Numbered from the stretch's first letter, positions 47,817-61,989 are shown. The stretch: DNA of 64,000 bases from Heptranchias perlo (GCF_035084215.1 NC_090344.1:49290001-49354000), one strand, 5' to 3'. The notes: generated by a model from the letters alone, not told the origin. Numbers and translations: made by a program.

Positions 47817-50035
47817 GGTGTCAGCCATAGCTCAGTGCTAGCACTCTTGCCTCTGAGTCAGAAGATTATAGGTTCAAGGCCCAATCCAGAGACTTGAGCA
47901 CATAATCTAAGCTGACACTTCAGTGCAGTACTGAGGGAGTGCTGCACTGTCAGAGGTGCTGTCTTTCGGATGAGACGTTAAAACAAGGCCTGGTCTGCCC
48001 GCTCTTATTGGATCTTATTGGACTATTTGAAGAAGACCGGGGGGTTAGAATCATAGAATCATAGAAGTTTACAACATGGAAACAGGCCCTTCGGCCCAAC
48101 ATGTCCATGTCGCCCAGTTTATACCACTAAGCTAGTCCCAATTGCCTGCACTTGGCCCATACCCATCTTACCCATGCAACTGTCCAAATGCTTTTTAAAA
48201 GACAAAATTGTACCCGCCTCTACTACTGCCTCTGGCAGCTCGTTCCAGACACTCACCACCCTTTGAGTGAAAAAATTGCCCCTCTGGACCCATCTCTTGT
48301 GGTTCCGCACATAGATGACCTTGTTGATCCTTAAGAGGCCCTACTCTCTCCCTAGTTACTTTTTTGCCCTTTATGTATTTGTAGAAGCTCTTTGGATTCT
48401 CCTTTGCCTTATCTGCCAAAGCAATCTCATGTCCCCTTTTTGCCCTCCTGATTTCTCTCTTAACTCTACTCCGGCAATCTCTATACTCTTCAAGGGATCC
48501 ACTTGATCCCAGTTGTCTATGCATGTCATATGCCTCCGTCTTCTTTTTGACTAGGGCCTCAATCTCCTGAGTCATCCAAGGTTCCCTACTTCTACCAGCC
48601 TTGCCCTTCACTTTATAAGGAATGTGCTTACCCTGAACCCTGGTTAACACACTTTTGAAAGCCTCCCACTTACCAGACGTCCCTTTGCCTGCCAACAGAC
48701 TCTCCCAATCAACTTCTGAAAGTTCCTGTCTGATACCATCAAAATTGGCCTTTCCCCAATTTAGAATTTTAACTTTTGGGCCAGACCTATCATTCTCCAT
48801 AGCTATCTTAAAACTAATGGAATTATGATCACTGGTCCCAAAGTGATCCCTCACTAACACTTCTGTCACCTGCCCTTCCTTATTTCCCAAGAGGAGGTCA
48901 AGTTTTGCCCCCTCTCTAGTCGGGCCATCCACATACTGAATGAGAAATTCCTCCTGAATACACTCAACAAATTTCTCTCCATCCAAGCCCCGAATGCTAT
49001 GGCTGTCCCAGTCAATGTTGGGAAAGTTAAAGTCCCCTACTATTACCACCCTATTTTTCTTGCAGCTGTCTGTAATCTCCTTACATATTTGCTCCTCAAT
49101 TTCCCGTTGACTATTTGGGGGTCTGTAGTACAATCCTATCAAAGTGATCTCTCCCTTCTTATTTTTCAGTTCTACCCATATGGACTCAGTGGGCGAACCC
49201 TCGGATATATCCCCTCTCACTACTGCCGTGATGTTCTCCCTAATCAAGAACGCAACTCCCCCTCCTCTCTTACCTCCTGCTCTATCTTTCCTATAGCATC
49301 TGTACCCTGGAACATTGAGCTGCCAGTCCTGCCCCTCCCTTAGCCATGTTTCAGTAATAGCTATAACATCCCAGTCCCATGTACCCATCCATGCCCTGAG
49401 TTCATCTGCCTTGCCCATCAGACTTTTTGCATTGAAATAAATGCAGTTTAATCTAGACTTCCCTTGGTCTTTGCCCTGCTTTCTCAGACCATCTGTCCGG
49501 TCATGTTTTGTACACTCTCCCTTACTGCCTTTTGTTTCTGTCACCACTTCACTTCCCACTGACTTCCTGCATCGGTTCCCATCCCCCTGCCACATTAATT
49601 TAAACCCTCCCCAACAGCACTAGCAAACACTCCCCCTATGACATTGGTTCCAGTCCTGCCCAGATGCAGACCGTCCAATTTGTACTGGTCCCACCTCCCC
49701 CAGAACCGGTTCCAATGGCCCAACTGCTCCTCGACACCAGTTCTTCTGCAACCCACTGTTCAGTGGAGGTGACTGAGCTGACTTCTCCCAGAATGCCCCT
49801 CTGTCTCCTCTGCTCCTGCTGTCCCAGCCAAAACTTATCCCTCAACCAATATCACTAAAAAATCAGATTATCTGGTCATAACCTCATTGCTGGGACCCTG
49901 CTGTGCACAAATTGGCTACCGCGTTTCCTACATTACAACAGTGACTGCACTTCAAAAAGTACTCCATTGGCTGTAAGGTGCTTTGGGATGTCCCGAGGTC
50001 ATGAAAGGCATTATATTATTGCAAGTTTTTTCTTT
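47817..50035 (+). mobile_element. DeuSINE split by a CR1 (parts 47817-48045 and about 49830-50035)
   Basis: Head and Deu core before the CR1, tail after it. Confidence 0.7.
48047..49720 (-). mobile_element. CR1 LINE with internal deletion (ORF1 end, endonuclease, 3' end)
   Basis: ORF2 start LNCIYFNA...ITETWL...YRPP...GDFN...SDH fused to FFTQRVVSVWNELP; (atagaatc)n tail. Confidence 0.92.
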
Positions 50036-50770
50036 CTATCAGTCCCTTTGCTGATGATACCACTTTAGCTCAGCGCCCTTCAGATTAGAAACCCTCACCG
50101 TACACAACTCCATTCCTCTCAGTGCAATGGCTCAATTTTGGAGTGCAATCCCATTGCAGCAAGCGATGAATGAGGCCCGAGGCAGGACCATGGCAAAATG
50201 GTCTGCCTGCCTCATTTGCTTATTACTGGAGAGCTGTAGGCCCCAGTCACAGCAACTTGCCGGTTCCAGAGGCCAGCTAGATCAGCTGGCTCAAATGCCA
50301 GAGGGGAGGCAATCAGGAGGGAGGGTCAGGCAGCAGTTGCACACTGATTTAATGTGAAGTTCTAGACCACCTATTTCTACCATTGAAAAATTGCTACCTT
50401 TGCCTCTATCTCATCCCCATCACTACTGAAACCTTCCGATCTGCACTCCTCACTCAAGGTTTGATGTATCCAATGCTGTCATTGGCAACATCTCAAGTCC
50501 CATCCTGCAGATGCAGAACTCTGAACCCTTCATCCTATCCCACACAAAGTTCCAATCGCCTGTTACCAGGATCCTCATTCACCTCCACTGGCATCCTGCC
50601 CATTAACATGTCCATTCCAAAATCCTTGTTGTCATTTTTAAACTCTTCCAGGGTCCTGCCCCATTCTCCCTCTTTAATCTTCTCCAGCCTCTTGTCCCAG
50701 CTCTGGTCTGTGATGTGTCCCCTTCCCTCCTCTGCTCCACCATCAGTGGTTGCTGCAAAATTAGTAAAGT

Positions 50771-51469
<699 letters not shown>

Positions 51470-51885
51470 TTACCGGACTGTGTTTTTGGTCATGTCTTCT
51501 AACTTGGCTTGCACTTCCCTCTCAGTTTCGTGAGGCAAAACTCTCCAAAATGAATCCGAATTTTTTTTTTAAATTCACAAAGCTTTTAGGGAACAGAACC
51601 AAACAAAAGAGTACTCAGATAGACAAAAGATGAGATTTATGACCTGAGATCACCTGGAGTACTGCATACTATATTGGATGCTGTGATATAAGAGGACTAT
51701 CCAGGCTCTAGAAACAATGCAGAGGAGAGTAACAAAGCTTTAAGGAATGGCTTGATAAACTAAGACTCTTCAGCCTTGAAAAGATGTCTAAAAAGGGGAC
51801 CTTACAGAAGTATACATGATGGTATAATACAATACAGGTTATTGGAGAATAAACCTACTTTCAGATACACCAGGGCAGCAGGCCA

Positions 51886-52327
51886 GGTGGGCACAGCTCA
51901 GGTAGTGTACTGGTTATGCTACTGGGCTAGTAATCCAGAGGCTTGGACTAATAATCCAGAGAACATAAATTCAAATCCCACTGTGGCATTTTAAGAATTT
52001 AAACTGAGTTTTAAAAAATTGGAAATAAAAAGCTGGCATCAGTAAAAGTGACCATGAAGCTGTTGGATTATCATTAAAAACTCAACAGTTTCACTAATGT
52101 CCTTTAAGGAAGGAAACCTGCTGTCATTATCCAATCGCACACCGAAGTGGTTGACTTTTAACTGCCCTCTGAGGTAATCTAGCAAGCTAGTTGTATCAAA
52201 CTGCTTCAAAGAATCAACAGGGATGGCAACGGTTAAAGAAGAAGGCCCTTCACCACCTTCTCAGGGCAACTAGGGATGGGCAACGAATGCTGGCCTTGCC
52301 CATATCCTGAGAATGAATATAAAAAAA
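51886..52327 (+). mobile_element. Bipartite SINE-like derivative of the tRNA-headed LINE
   Basis: tRNA head with doubled anticodon arm plus 5'UTR joined directly to the last about 100 nt of the LINE. Confidence 0.8.
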
Positions 52328-53087
52328 GGTCATTTAGCACAGACAAAAAAAATATTATTTACACAGAGGGTGATCAACAATTAGAATGGGTTGGCAGGAA
52401 GGGTGGTTGAGGCAGGACACTGGATTCATTTGCGAAAAACAGCTGAATACTGTCATGGGAAAACAGTGGGGTTGTTATTGTGGGAGAGTGAGGTCAAATG
52501 GACTGAGGGCCCCTCTTCAAACCTGTCTTGTGATCTTATGGAAGCTGCATAAATGCAAGCCACTGTCGTCTGACTGGCTCAATTATTGGTTGACTTTACC
52601 AACTGTATTCGTGGGGGAGTTTTAAGGCAAAAGGGACAGCTTTATCATCGCTGCCTCTTTTAAATATCAAAGTTAACAAAATATTTGTGATTAGTTTTGG
52701 CAGCCTTTTAAGCTTTTTCAGTTTCTTGTTGATTAATTAAAGCTGTTTTTATGTAAATGGTGAATTCCAGTGAAAGTGTTAGAATGGGCTTGCAGAAGCT
52801 ACTGAGCCCGACAGTACAGGAGAGACAAGTTAATACACACAGATGAAAGGACAGAGTCACTGAAGTGCCCTGGGTTAATGATTGTATCGCTGTTGACGTT
52901 AACTCAACTTCCTCTTGGGACCAAAATGATTACAAGCAAATAAGGTAAACTTGAAATAAGTCAAACAAAAAAGTAAACTTCACTATTAAGTGGTTTTCAA
53001 ACTCCACCAAGTGACCAACATACTCAAAATAAACTCAATAAAAACCAGAGCCTGGAAATTACTGTGAGCAATGCTATTGTACAGAAC

Positions 53088-53712
53088 AAAGGAACAGGAG
53101 CAGGACATTCAGCCCCTCGAGCCTGTTCTGCCATTCAGTTTGATCATGGCTGATCTGTACCTGAACTCCATTTACCTGTCTTTGCTCCATATCCGTTGAT
53201 TCCCTTACCTAACAAAAATCTATCGATCTCAGTCTTGAAAGTTTCAATTTACCCAGCATCCACAGCCTTTTGCGGGAGAGAGTTCCAGATTTCGACTACC
53301 CTTTGTGTGATGAAGTGCTTCCTGATTTCACTCCTGAAAGACCTGGCTCTAATCTTAAGATTATGCCCCCTTGTTCTGGATTCCCTCACCAGAGGAAATA
53401 GTTTCTATTTATCTACCCCACTGAATCCTTTTATCATTTTAAACACCTCGATTAGATCACCCCTCAACCTTCTCTACTCAAGGAAATGCAAGCCGAGTTT
53501 ATGCAACCTGTCCTTATAATTTTACTCGAGGCCTTGGTATCATTCTGGTGAATCTGCACCGTGCCCGCTCCAAGGCCATTGTATCCTTCATGAGGTGTAG
53601 TTCCCAGAACTGAACGCAGTACTCCAGATGAGGTCTGACCAAGGCTATATACAACCGAAGCATAACTTCCTCCTCTTTGTATTCCAGCCCCCTTGAGATA
53701 AAGGCCAACATT
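53088..53712 (-). mobile_element. CR1 LINE 3' part
   Basis: GMLAFISRGLEYK...RPHLEYCVQFW; CR1 3'UTR. Confidence 0.9.
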
Positions 53713-56700
53713 CCAGCAGCAGAATTGTATTCCAGCACAATCTGTAACCTCATGGCCCGGTATATTCCTCACTCTACCATGACCAACAAGCCAGGGGATC
53801 AACCCTGGTTCAATGAGGAGTGTAGAAGAGCATGCCAGGAGCAGCACCAGGCGTACCTCAAAATGAGATGCCAACCTGGTGAAGCTACAACTCAGGACGA
53901 CATGCATGCTAAACAGCGGAAGCAACATGCTATAGACAGAGCTAAGCGATTCCACAACCAACGGATCAGATCAAAGTTCTGCAGTCCTGCCACATCCAGT
54001 CGTGAATGTGGTGGACAATTAAACAGATAATGGGTGGAGGAGGCTCAATAAACATCCCCATCTTCAATGATGGTGGAGTCCAGCACGTGAGTGCAAAAGA
54101 CAAGGCTGAAGTGTTTGCAACCATCTTCAGCCAGAAGTGCCGAGTGGGTGATCCATCTCGGCCTCCTCCCGATATCCCCACCATCACAGAAGGCAGTCTT
54201 CAGCCAATTCGATTCACTCCACGTGATATCAAGGAACGGCTGAGTGCACTGGATACAGCAAAGGCTATGGGCCCCGACAACATCCCCCCTGTAGTGCTGA
54301 AGGCTTGTGCTCCAGAACTCGCCGCGCCTCTAGCCAAACTGTTCCAGTACAGCTACAACACTGGCATCCACCCGACAATGTGGAAAATTGCCCAGGTATG
54401 TCCTGTCCACAAAAAGCAGGACAAATCCAATCCGGCCAATTACCACCCCATCAGGCAACTCTCAATCATCAGCAAAGTGATGGAAGGTGTCGTCGACAGT
54501 GCTATTAAGCAGCACTTATTCACCAATAAGGGTACGGTAGCATAGTGGTTATGTTACTGGGCTAGTAATCCAGAGGCCTGGACTAAAAATCCAGAGTAAT
54601 GAGTTCAAATCCCGCCACGGCAGCTGGCGGATTTAAATTCAATTAATTAAATAAAAATCTGGAATTAAAATACTAGTATCAGTAATGATGGCCATGAAAC
54701 TACCGGATTGTCGTAAAAACCCATCTGGTTCACTAATGTCCTTTAGGGAAGGAAGCCTGCCGCCCTTACCCGGTCTGGCCTACATGTGACTCCAGACCCA
54801 CAGCAATGTGGTTGATTCTTAATTGCCCTCTGAAATGGCCTAGCAAGCCACTCAGTTGTAAAATCTCGCTACGAAAAGTCATAATAAGAATAAAACCGGA
54901 CGGACCACCCGGCATCGGACCACTAGGCAACGGACACGACAACGGCAAAACACCAAGCCCAGTCGACCCTGCAAGGTCCTCCTTACTAACATCTGGGGAC
55001 TTGTGCCAAAATTGGGAGAGCAACAGCCTGACATAGCCATACTCACAGAATCATATCTTTCAGCCAACGTCCCAGACTCTTCCATCACCATCCCTGGGTA
55101 TGTCCTGTCCCACCGGCAGGACAGACCCAGCAGAGGTGGTGGTACAGTGATATACAGTCAGGAGGGAGTGGCCCTGGGAGTCCTCAACATTGACTCTGGA
55201 CCCCATGAAATCTCATGGCATCAGGTCAAACATGGGCAAGGAAACCTCCTGCTGATTACCACCTACCGTCCTCCCTCAGCTGATGAATCAGTCCTCCTCC
55301 ATGTTGAACACCACTTGGAGGAAGCACTGAGGGTAGCAAGGGCACAAAATGTACTCTGGGTGGGGGACTTCAATGTCCATCACCAAGAGTGGCTCGGTAG
55401 CACCACTACTGACCGAGCTGGCCGAGTCCTGAAGGACATAGCTGCTAGACTGGGCCTGCGGCAGGTGGTGAGCGAACCAACACGAGGGAAAAACTTACTT
55501 GACCTCGTCCTCACCAATCTACCTGTCGCAAATGCATCTTTCCATGACAGTATTGGTAGGAGTGACCACCGCACAGTCCTCGTGGAGATGAAATCCCGTC
55601 TTCGCACTGAGGACACCATCCAACGTGTTGTGTGGCACTACCACCGTGCTAAATGGGATAGATTCAGAACAGATCTAGCAGCTCAAAACTGGGCATCCAT
55701 GAGGCGCTGTGGGCCATCAGCAGCAGCAGAATTGTATTCCAGCACAATCTGTAACCTCATGGCCCGGCATATTCCTCACTCTACCATTACCAACAAGCCA
55801 GGGGATCAACCCTGGTTCAATGAGGAGTGTAGAAGAGCATGCCAGGAGCAGCACCAGGCGTACCTAAAAATGAGGTGCCAACCTGGTGAAGCTACAACTC
55901 AGGACTACATGCATGCTGAACAGCGGAAGCAACATGTTATAGACAGAGCTAAGCGATTCCACAACCAACGGATCAGATCAAAGCTCTGCAGTCCTGCCAC
56001 ATCCAGTCGTGAATGGTGGTGGACAATTAAACAACTAACGGGAGGAGGAGGCTCTGCAAACATCCCCATTCTCAATGATGGCGGAGTCCAGCACGTGAGT
56101 GCAAAAGACAAGGCTGAAGCGTTTGCAGCCAGAAGTGCCGAGTGGATAATCCATCTCAGCCTCCTCCCGATATCCCCACCATCACGGAAGCCAGTCTTCG
56201 GCCAATTCGATTCACTCCACGTGATATCAAGAAACGGCTGAGTGCACTGGATACAGCAAAGGCTATGGGCCCCGACAACATCCCAGCTGTAGTGCTGAAG
56301 ACTTGTGCTCCAGAACTAGCTGCGCCTCTAGCCAAGCTGTTCCAGTACAGCTACAACACTGGCATCCACCCGACAATGTGGAAAATTGCCCAGGTATGTC
56401 CTGTCCACAAAAAGCAGGACAAATCCAATCCGGCCAATTACCGCCCCATCAGTCTACTCTCAATCATCAGCAAAGTGATGGAAGGTGTCGTCGACAGTGC
56501 TATCAAGCGGCACTTACTCACCAATAACCTGCTCACCGATGCTCAGTTTGGGTTCCGCCAGGACCACTCGGCTCCAGACCTCATTACAGCCTTGGTCCAA
56601 ACATGGACAAAAGAGCTGAATTCCAGAGGTGAGGTGAGAGTGACTGCCCTTGACATCAAGGCAGCATTTGACCGAGTGTGGCACCAAGGAGCCCTAGTAA

Positions 56701-59100
56701 AATTGAAGTCAATGGGAATCAGGGGGAAAACTCTCCAGTGGCTGGAGTCATACCTGGCACAAAGGAAGATGGTAGTGGTTGTTGGAGGCCAGTCATCTCA
56801 GCCCCAGGGCATTGCTGCAGGAGTTCCTCAGGGCAGTGTCCTTGGCCCAACCATCTTCAGCTGCTTCATCAATGACCTTCCCTCCATCATAAGGTCAGAA
56901 ATGGGGATGTTCGCTGATGACTGCACAGTGTTCAGTTCCATTCGCAACCCCTCAGATAATGAAGCAGTCCGAGCCTGCATGCAGCAAGACCTGGACAACA
57001 TCCAGGCTTGGGCTCATAAGTGGCAAGTAACATTCGCGCCAGATAAGTGCCAGGCAATGACCATCTCCAACAAGAGAGAGTCTAACCACCTCCCCTTGAC
57101 ATTCAACGGCATTACCATCGCCGAATCCCCCACCATCAACATCCTGGGGGTCACCATTGACCAGAAACTTAACTGGACCAGCCATATAAATACTGTGGCT
57201 ACGAGAGCAGGTCAGAGGCTGGGTATTCTGCGGCGAGTGACTCACCTCCTGACTCCCCAAAGCCTTTCCACGATCTACAAGGCACAAGTCAGGAGTGTGA
57301 TGGAATACTCTCCACTTGCCTGGATGAGTGCAGCTCCAACAACACTCAAGAAGCTCGACACCATCCAAGATAAAGCAGCCCGCTTGATTGGCACCCCATC
57401 CACCACCCTAAACATTCACTCCCTTCACCACCGGCGCACTGTGGCTGCAGTGTGCACCATCCACAGGATGCACTGCAGCAACTCGCCAAGGCTTCTTCGA
57501 CAGCACCTCCCACACCCGCGACCTCTACCACCTAGAAGGACAAGGGCAGCAGGCGCATGGGAACAACACCACCTGCACGTTCCCCTCCAAGTCACACACC
57601 ATCCCGACTTGGAAATATATCGCCGTTCCTTCATTGTCGCTGGGTCAAAATCCTGGAACTCCCTTCCTAACAGCATTGTGGGAGAACCATCACCACACGG
57701 ACTGCAGCGGTTCAAGAAGGCGGCTCACCACCACCTTCTCAAGGGCAATTAGGGATGGGCAATAAATGCCGGCCTTGCCAGCGACGCCCACATCCCGTGA
57801 ACGAATAAAAAAAAAAACCTGCTCACCGATGCTCAGTTTGGAGTCCGCCAGGACCACTCGGCTCCAGACCTCATTACAGCCTTGGTCCAAACATGGACAA
57901 AAGAGCTGAATTCCAGAGGTGAGGTGAGAATGACTGCTCTTGACATCAAGGCAGCATTTGACCGAGTGTGGCACCAAGGAGCCCTAGTAAAACTGAAGTC
58001 AATGGGAATCAGGGGGAAAACTCTCCAGTGGCTGCAGTCATACCAAGCACAAAGGAAGATGGTAGTGGTTGTTGGAGGCCAATCATCTCAGCCCCAGGAT
58101 ATTGCTGCAGGAGTTCCTCAAGGCAGTGTCCTAGGCCCAACCATCTTCAGCTGCTTCATCAATGACCTTCCCTCCATGATAAAGTCAGAAATGGGGATGT
58201 TCGCTGATGATTGCAATGTGTTCAGTTCCATCCGCAACCCCTCTGATAATGAAGCAGTCCGTGCCCGCATGCAGCAAGACCTGGACAACATCCAGACTTG
58301 GGCTCATATGTGGCAAGTAACTTTTGTGCCAGACAAGTGCCAGGCAATGACCATCTCCAACAAGAGAGGGTCTAACTACCTCCCCTTGACATTCAACGGC
58401 ATTACCATCACCGAATCCCCCACCATCAACATCCTGGGGGGTCACCAGTGACCAGAAACTTAACTGGACCAGCCATATAAATACAGTGGCTACAAGAGCA
58501 AGTCAGAGGCTGGGTATTCTGCGGCGAGTAACTCACCTTCTGACTCCCCAAAGCCTTTCCACCATCTACAAGGCACAAGTCAGGAGTGTGACGGAATACT
58601 CTCCATTTGCCTGGATGAGTGCGGCTCTAACAACACTCAAGAAGCTCGACACCATCCAGGACAAAGCAGCCCGCTTGATTGGCACCCCGTCCACCACCCT
58701 AAACATTCACTCCCTTCACCACCGGCATACTGTGGCTGCAGTGTGTACCATCCACAGGATGTACTGCAGCAACTCGTCAAGGCTTCTTCGACAGCACCTC
58801 CCAAACTCGTGACCTCTACCACCTAGAAGGATAAGGGCAGTAGGCACATGGGGGAACAACACCACCTGCACATTCCCCTCCAAGTCACACACCATCCCGA
58901 CTTGGAAATATATCGCCGTTCCTTCATCGTCGCTGGGTCAAAATCCTGGAACTCCCTTCTTAACAGCACTGTGGGAGAACCTTCACCACACAGACTGCAG
59001 CGGTTCAAGAAGGCGGCTCACCACTACCTTCTCAAGGGCAATTAGGGGTGGGCAATAAATGATGGCCTCGCCAGTGAAGCCCACATCCCATAAACAAATT
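53713..59100 (+). mobile_element. 5'-truncated older copy of the tRNA-headed LINE (53713-54529 plus 57818-59100)
   Basis: Halves rejoin as caccaataa|cctgctcaccgat, identical to the intact site at 56520-56540. Confidence 0.9.
54530..57817 (+). mobile_element. Full-length tRNA-headed non-LTR retrotransposon (APE endonuclease + RT, CR1/Jockey-group-like)
   Basis: A box 54538-54548, B box 54601-54612; ORF about 54862-57752 with TESYL, GDFN, SDH, NYRPISLLS, DIKAAFD, GVPQGS, FADD; 10-nt deletion frameshift near 56127; AATAAA and poly(A). Confidence 0.93.
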
Positions 59101-60839
59101 TTTTATAAATAGCCTTTTTGATTGATTTTTGTACCTATGAACTAGCTTTGTTTTCTGTGTAAATGGACACCCAAATCTCTTTGCTCCTCCACAGTTCCGA
59201 GTTTTTCACCATTTAGAAAATATTCCGAATTGTCTTTCTTGGATCCAAAGTGGATGACCTCACACTTCCCCACATTGAACTCCATTTGCCTGTTTTGTAA
59301 ATGCATTGTACAAAGACTTAACATGTTATTACCAAATTGCTCCCTAGTAGTGAATGTGTATGCATTAAGCATTTGTATGATAACATCACTCACAATAATT
59401 TCCTACCTTAAATTCTGGGTTTTAAAATTCATCAGAACATATTTATCATCAAAATTTCTATATCTGTATTAAATTTGCTATGTATGTCGTGCACTCCTTA
59501 TGTGAGCAATGCCATTTTGTAATGCTTCTTGGTGGTGCCTGAATAGAAATTTGCCTTTATAAAGCTACCTATTATATCGTCACATCTGCAGCTACTCGCG
59601 TCTGCCACTAAATAGAGCTTCATAACCCCAGATCGTGCTAATGAACTGACCTGGTTTCCCTTGCCTGGTCCATTTCTGAATAAAGCCTTACTCTCTATTG
59701 GGTTACCTGTTACCTATACCAACAGCATCACTAATGCACTCTGAGGGAAATTTGCTCTGTCCTGACTTTCTGTTGGTAAAGCCCTGAGAGAGCCTCTTTT
59801 TTTTTTATAAATGAACAGTGGGAAAGTACAGTTCTTTGAGCAAAAATACACTCCATAGTGTTTCCTTCCCCATTAATAAGACTTACATTTGTAGCCTAGT
59901 TACCATTGCTTGGCCTCTTGCCTGCATGATCATTTTTCCCCATAGGTCAAGTTGGGTTTTTTTAATTCATTCATGGCATGTGGGCATTGCTGGCAAGGCC
60001 AGCATTTATCGCCCATCCCTAATTGCCCTTGAGAAGATGATGGTGAGCCGCCTTCTTGAACTGCTGCAGTCCATGTGGTGAAGGTAATCCCACTTTGTCC
60101 CCACCAAAAGCACCATTTGGTTCTTGGTTGAATAAACCCAATTCCCTCTCGGTTCCCTAGTTATCCAAACTGTGATGCTGGAACTGTGAACAGGAAGGCC
60201 AGAGTGAAAGAGTAAAAGCAGGCAAAGAGCTGCAGGGAGCTGACAGAGGGGAGACTGCGATGGGACAATCTTGTGGTCTCCATGGGTGATTGGATGACTA
60301 TTTTTTGCCCAGTGCAAAACTGGACTGGTATATGCATATATGAAATGGGTCACTGAGGCGAATGTGAAATGGACTTCCCCGCTTCCTACATGTCGGCACT
60401 GAAGCTCACATTGGAAGATCAAACTTCATCTATCCATTTTTTGAAGACCACAGGCATCCACTCCCAAACTATTGGTTATCATGCTAATGAACTGACCTGG
60501 TTACCCTTGCCTGGTCCATTTCTGAATAAAGCCTTCCTCTCTATTGGGTTACCTGTTTTTTACTGCCTGGTGTTTGGTTGAAAGGTCCCAACACCGTACA
60601 GGTTCTCTGGTTGTTATAATTGATTTGCTTCAGCCTGAAGGGAATAAATAGTGGAGATGCACAGCAGGTTCTTCAGCAGCTGAGAGGAGAAGTTACTGTT
60701 TGGGGCAAGGGCCAGAAAGGCAGGCAGATCCCTTCTATTTAATGGAACCCTGCTTATTATTGGTATAAAAACATTTTTAAAAATGCTAGGAACACATAAC
60801 AGGGTTAGTCGGCATCTGTGGAGAGAACACAGAGCCATC

Positions 60840-61185
60840 TTTCAGCGCCGGTCCCCTCCTTCAGGCCTGCACAGCACCGTTGCTAGGTTACGGTTACCTG
60901 GTTACCCGCCTGCACTGGTGCTGGCGGTTGACGGGAGGCAGCGGCGCCGCTCTGATTGGGCCAACGTCGGTCACGTGGTGCCTCTTTGAGCCTCCGCGGC
61001 CGAAAGTCGCCGCTTCACTGCGCTTGCGAGTCACACAAACCTGACTGCAAACGAACAAGTCCCGCCTCCTCTCCGCTGATTGGCTTATTATCGGCGATGG
61101 TCGACAATGCGAATGATGGTTGGTTCATTCGACTGTCAATCACCGAACAGGGGTTAGGTTGCAGCTGTGGGGCGTCTCCGGCAAA
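60840..61185 (+). promoter_or_regulatory. RNF181: RNF181 CpG-island promoter
   Basis: High CpG; inverted CCAAT boxes (60952-60960, 61076-61084), E-box GTCACGTGG 60970-60978, GC box, YY1-like AAAATGGC over the ATG. Confidence 0.75.
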
Positions 61186-61271
61186 ATGGCTTCGTATTTC
61201 GAGGAGCATGATTGTGAGCCGACGAACCCCGAGGAGCAGTATCGGCAGAACGCGTTACTGGAGCTGGCCAG
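61186..61271 (+). CDS. RNF181: RNF181 E3 ligase exon 1
   Basis: [29 protein letters not shown], resembling human MASYFDEHDCEP; AG|gtagag phase 2. Confidence 0.95.
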
Positions 61272-61989
61272 GTAGAGTTTCTTCATAACACCCTGCTGTG
61301 GGGGGTAATGTACGGAGAGGACCGAAGTCTCTGTGAGACCTTGAGTGGGGCACAGGCCTCAGGAGCACACAGGCCCATCGTGCAGTGACATCCCCTAAAA
61401 ACGAATTGCCAATTGATTTTAAGGATAAAAGAAATAAAATCTCAATTTTTATTTTTCTTACTCTTCCTGGAATAAATCAGAAAATGCTGGGAGTGCGCAC
61501 CAAACATGTCAGTATCTGTGGAGAGACCAGACAAGTTTACCTTTCGGTGCAAACTTAACTAAAGGTCTGCAACCGAGACGTAAACTCGTCTGTTCTCTCC
61601 ATGGATGCCATCTGGCCTGCTCCGTCTTTCCAGCAATTTCTGTTTTTATTTTGCTACTGTCGGCGAATCGACAGAAAGCTGTTTCAGGCAGGGCCTATCT
61701 TCAGGGCACCAGACATTTCTTTTTAGAAAAGCTGGAAAAGAAGTGAAAACTGAATGGGGATCAACTCTTTGCCCATTCTCTCATAAAAATGCCAGGGTCA
61801 CCCTTGCTTTTGCCTCGACACTGCTATTCTCTGCATTGGCCAAACCATTTCTACCACCTGCAATATGAAGCATACCTCTATCCTCCAAGGCACTGTTCTT
61901 TTGCCACTCTGATTTTTAGCTGTCCTTCTCCTGGCACTTTATGTAAATTACTTAAATAATATGACCCAAAATACTGCACAGAGGCAAAA

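Noticed and set aside
54530-54625. Functional tRNA-Thr gene
   Set aside because: Duplicated anticodon arm, poor acceptor stem, no terminator; it is a retroelement head
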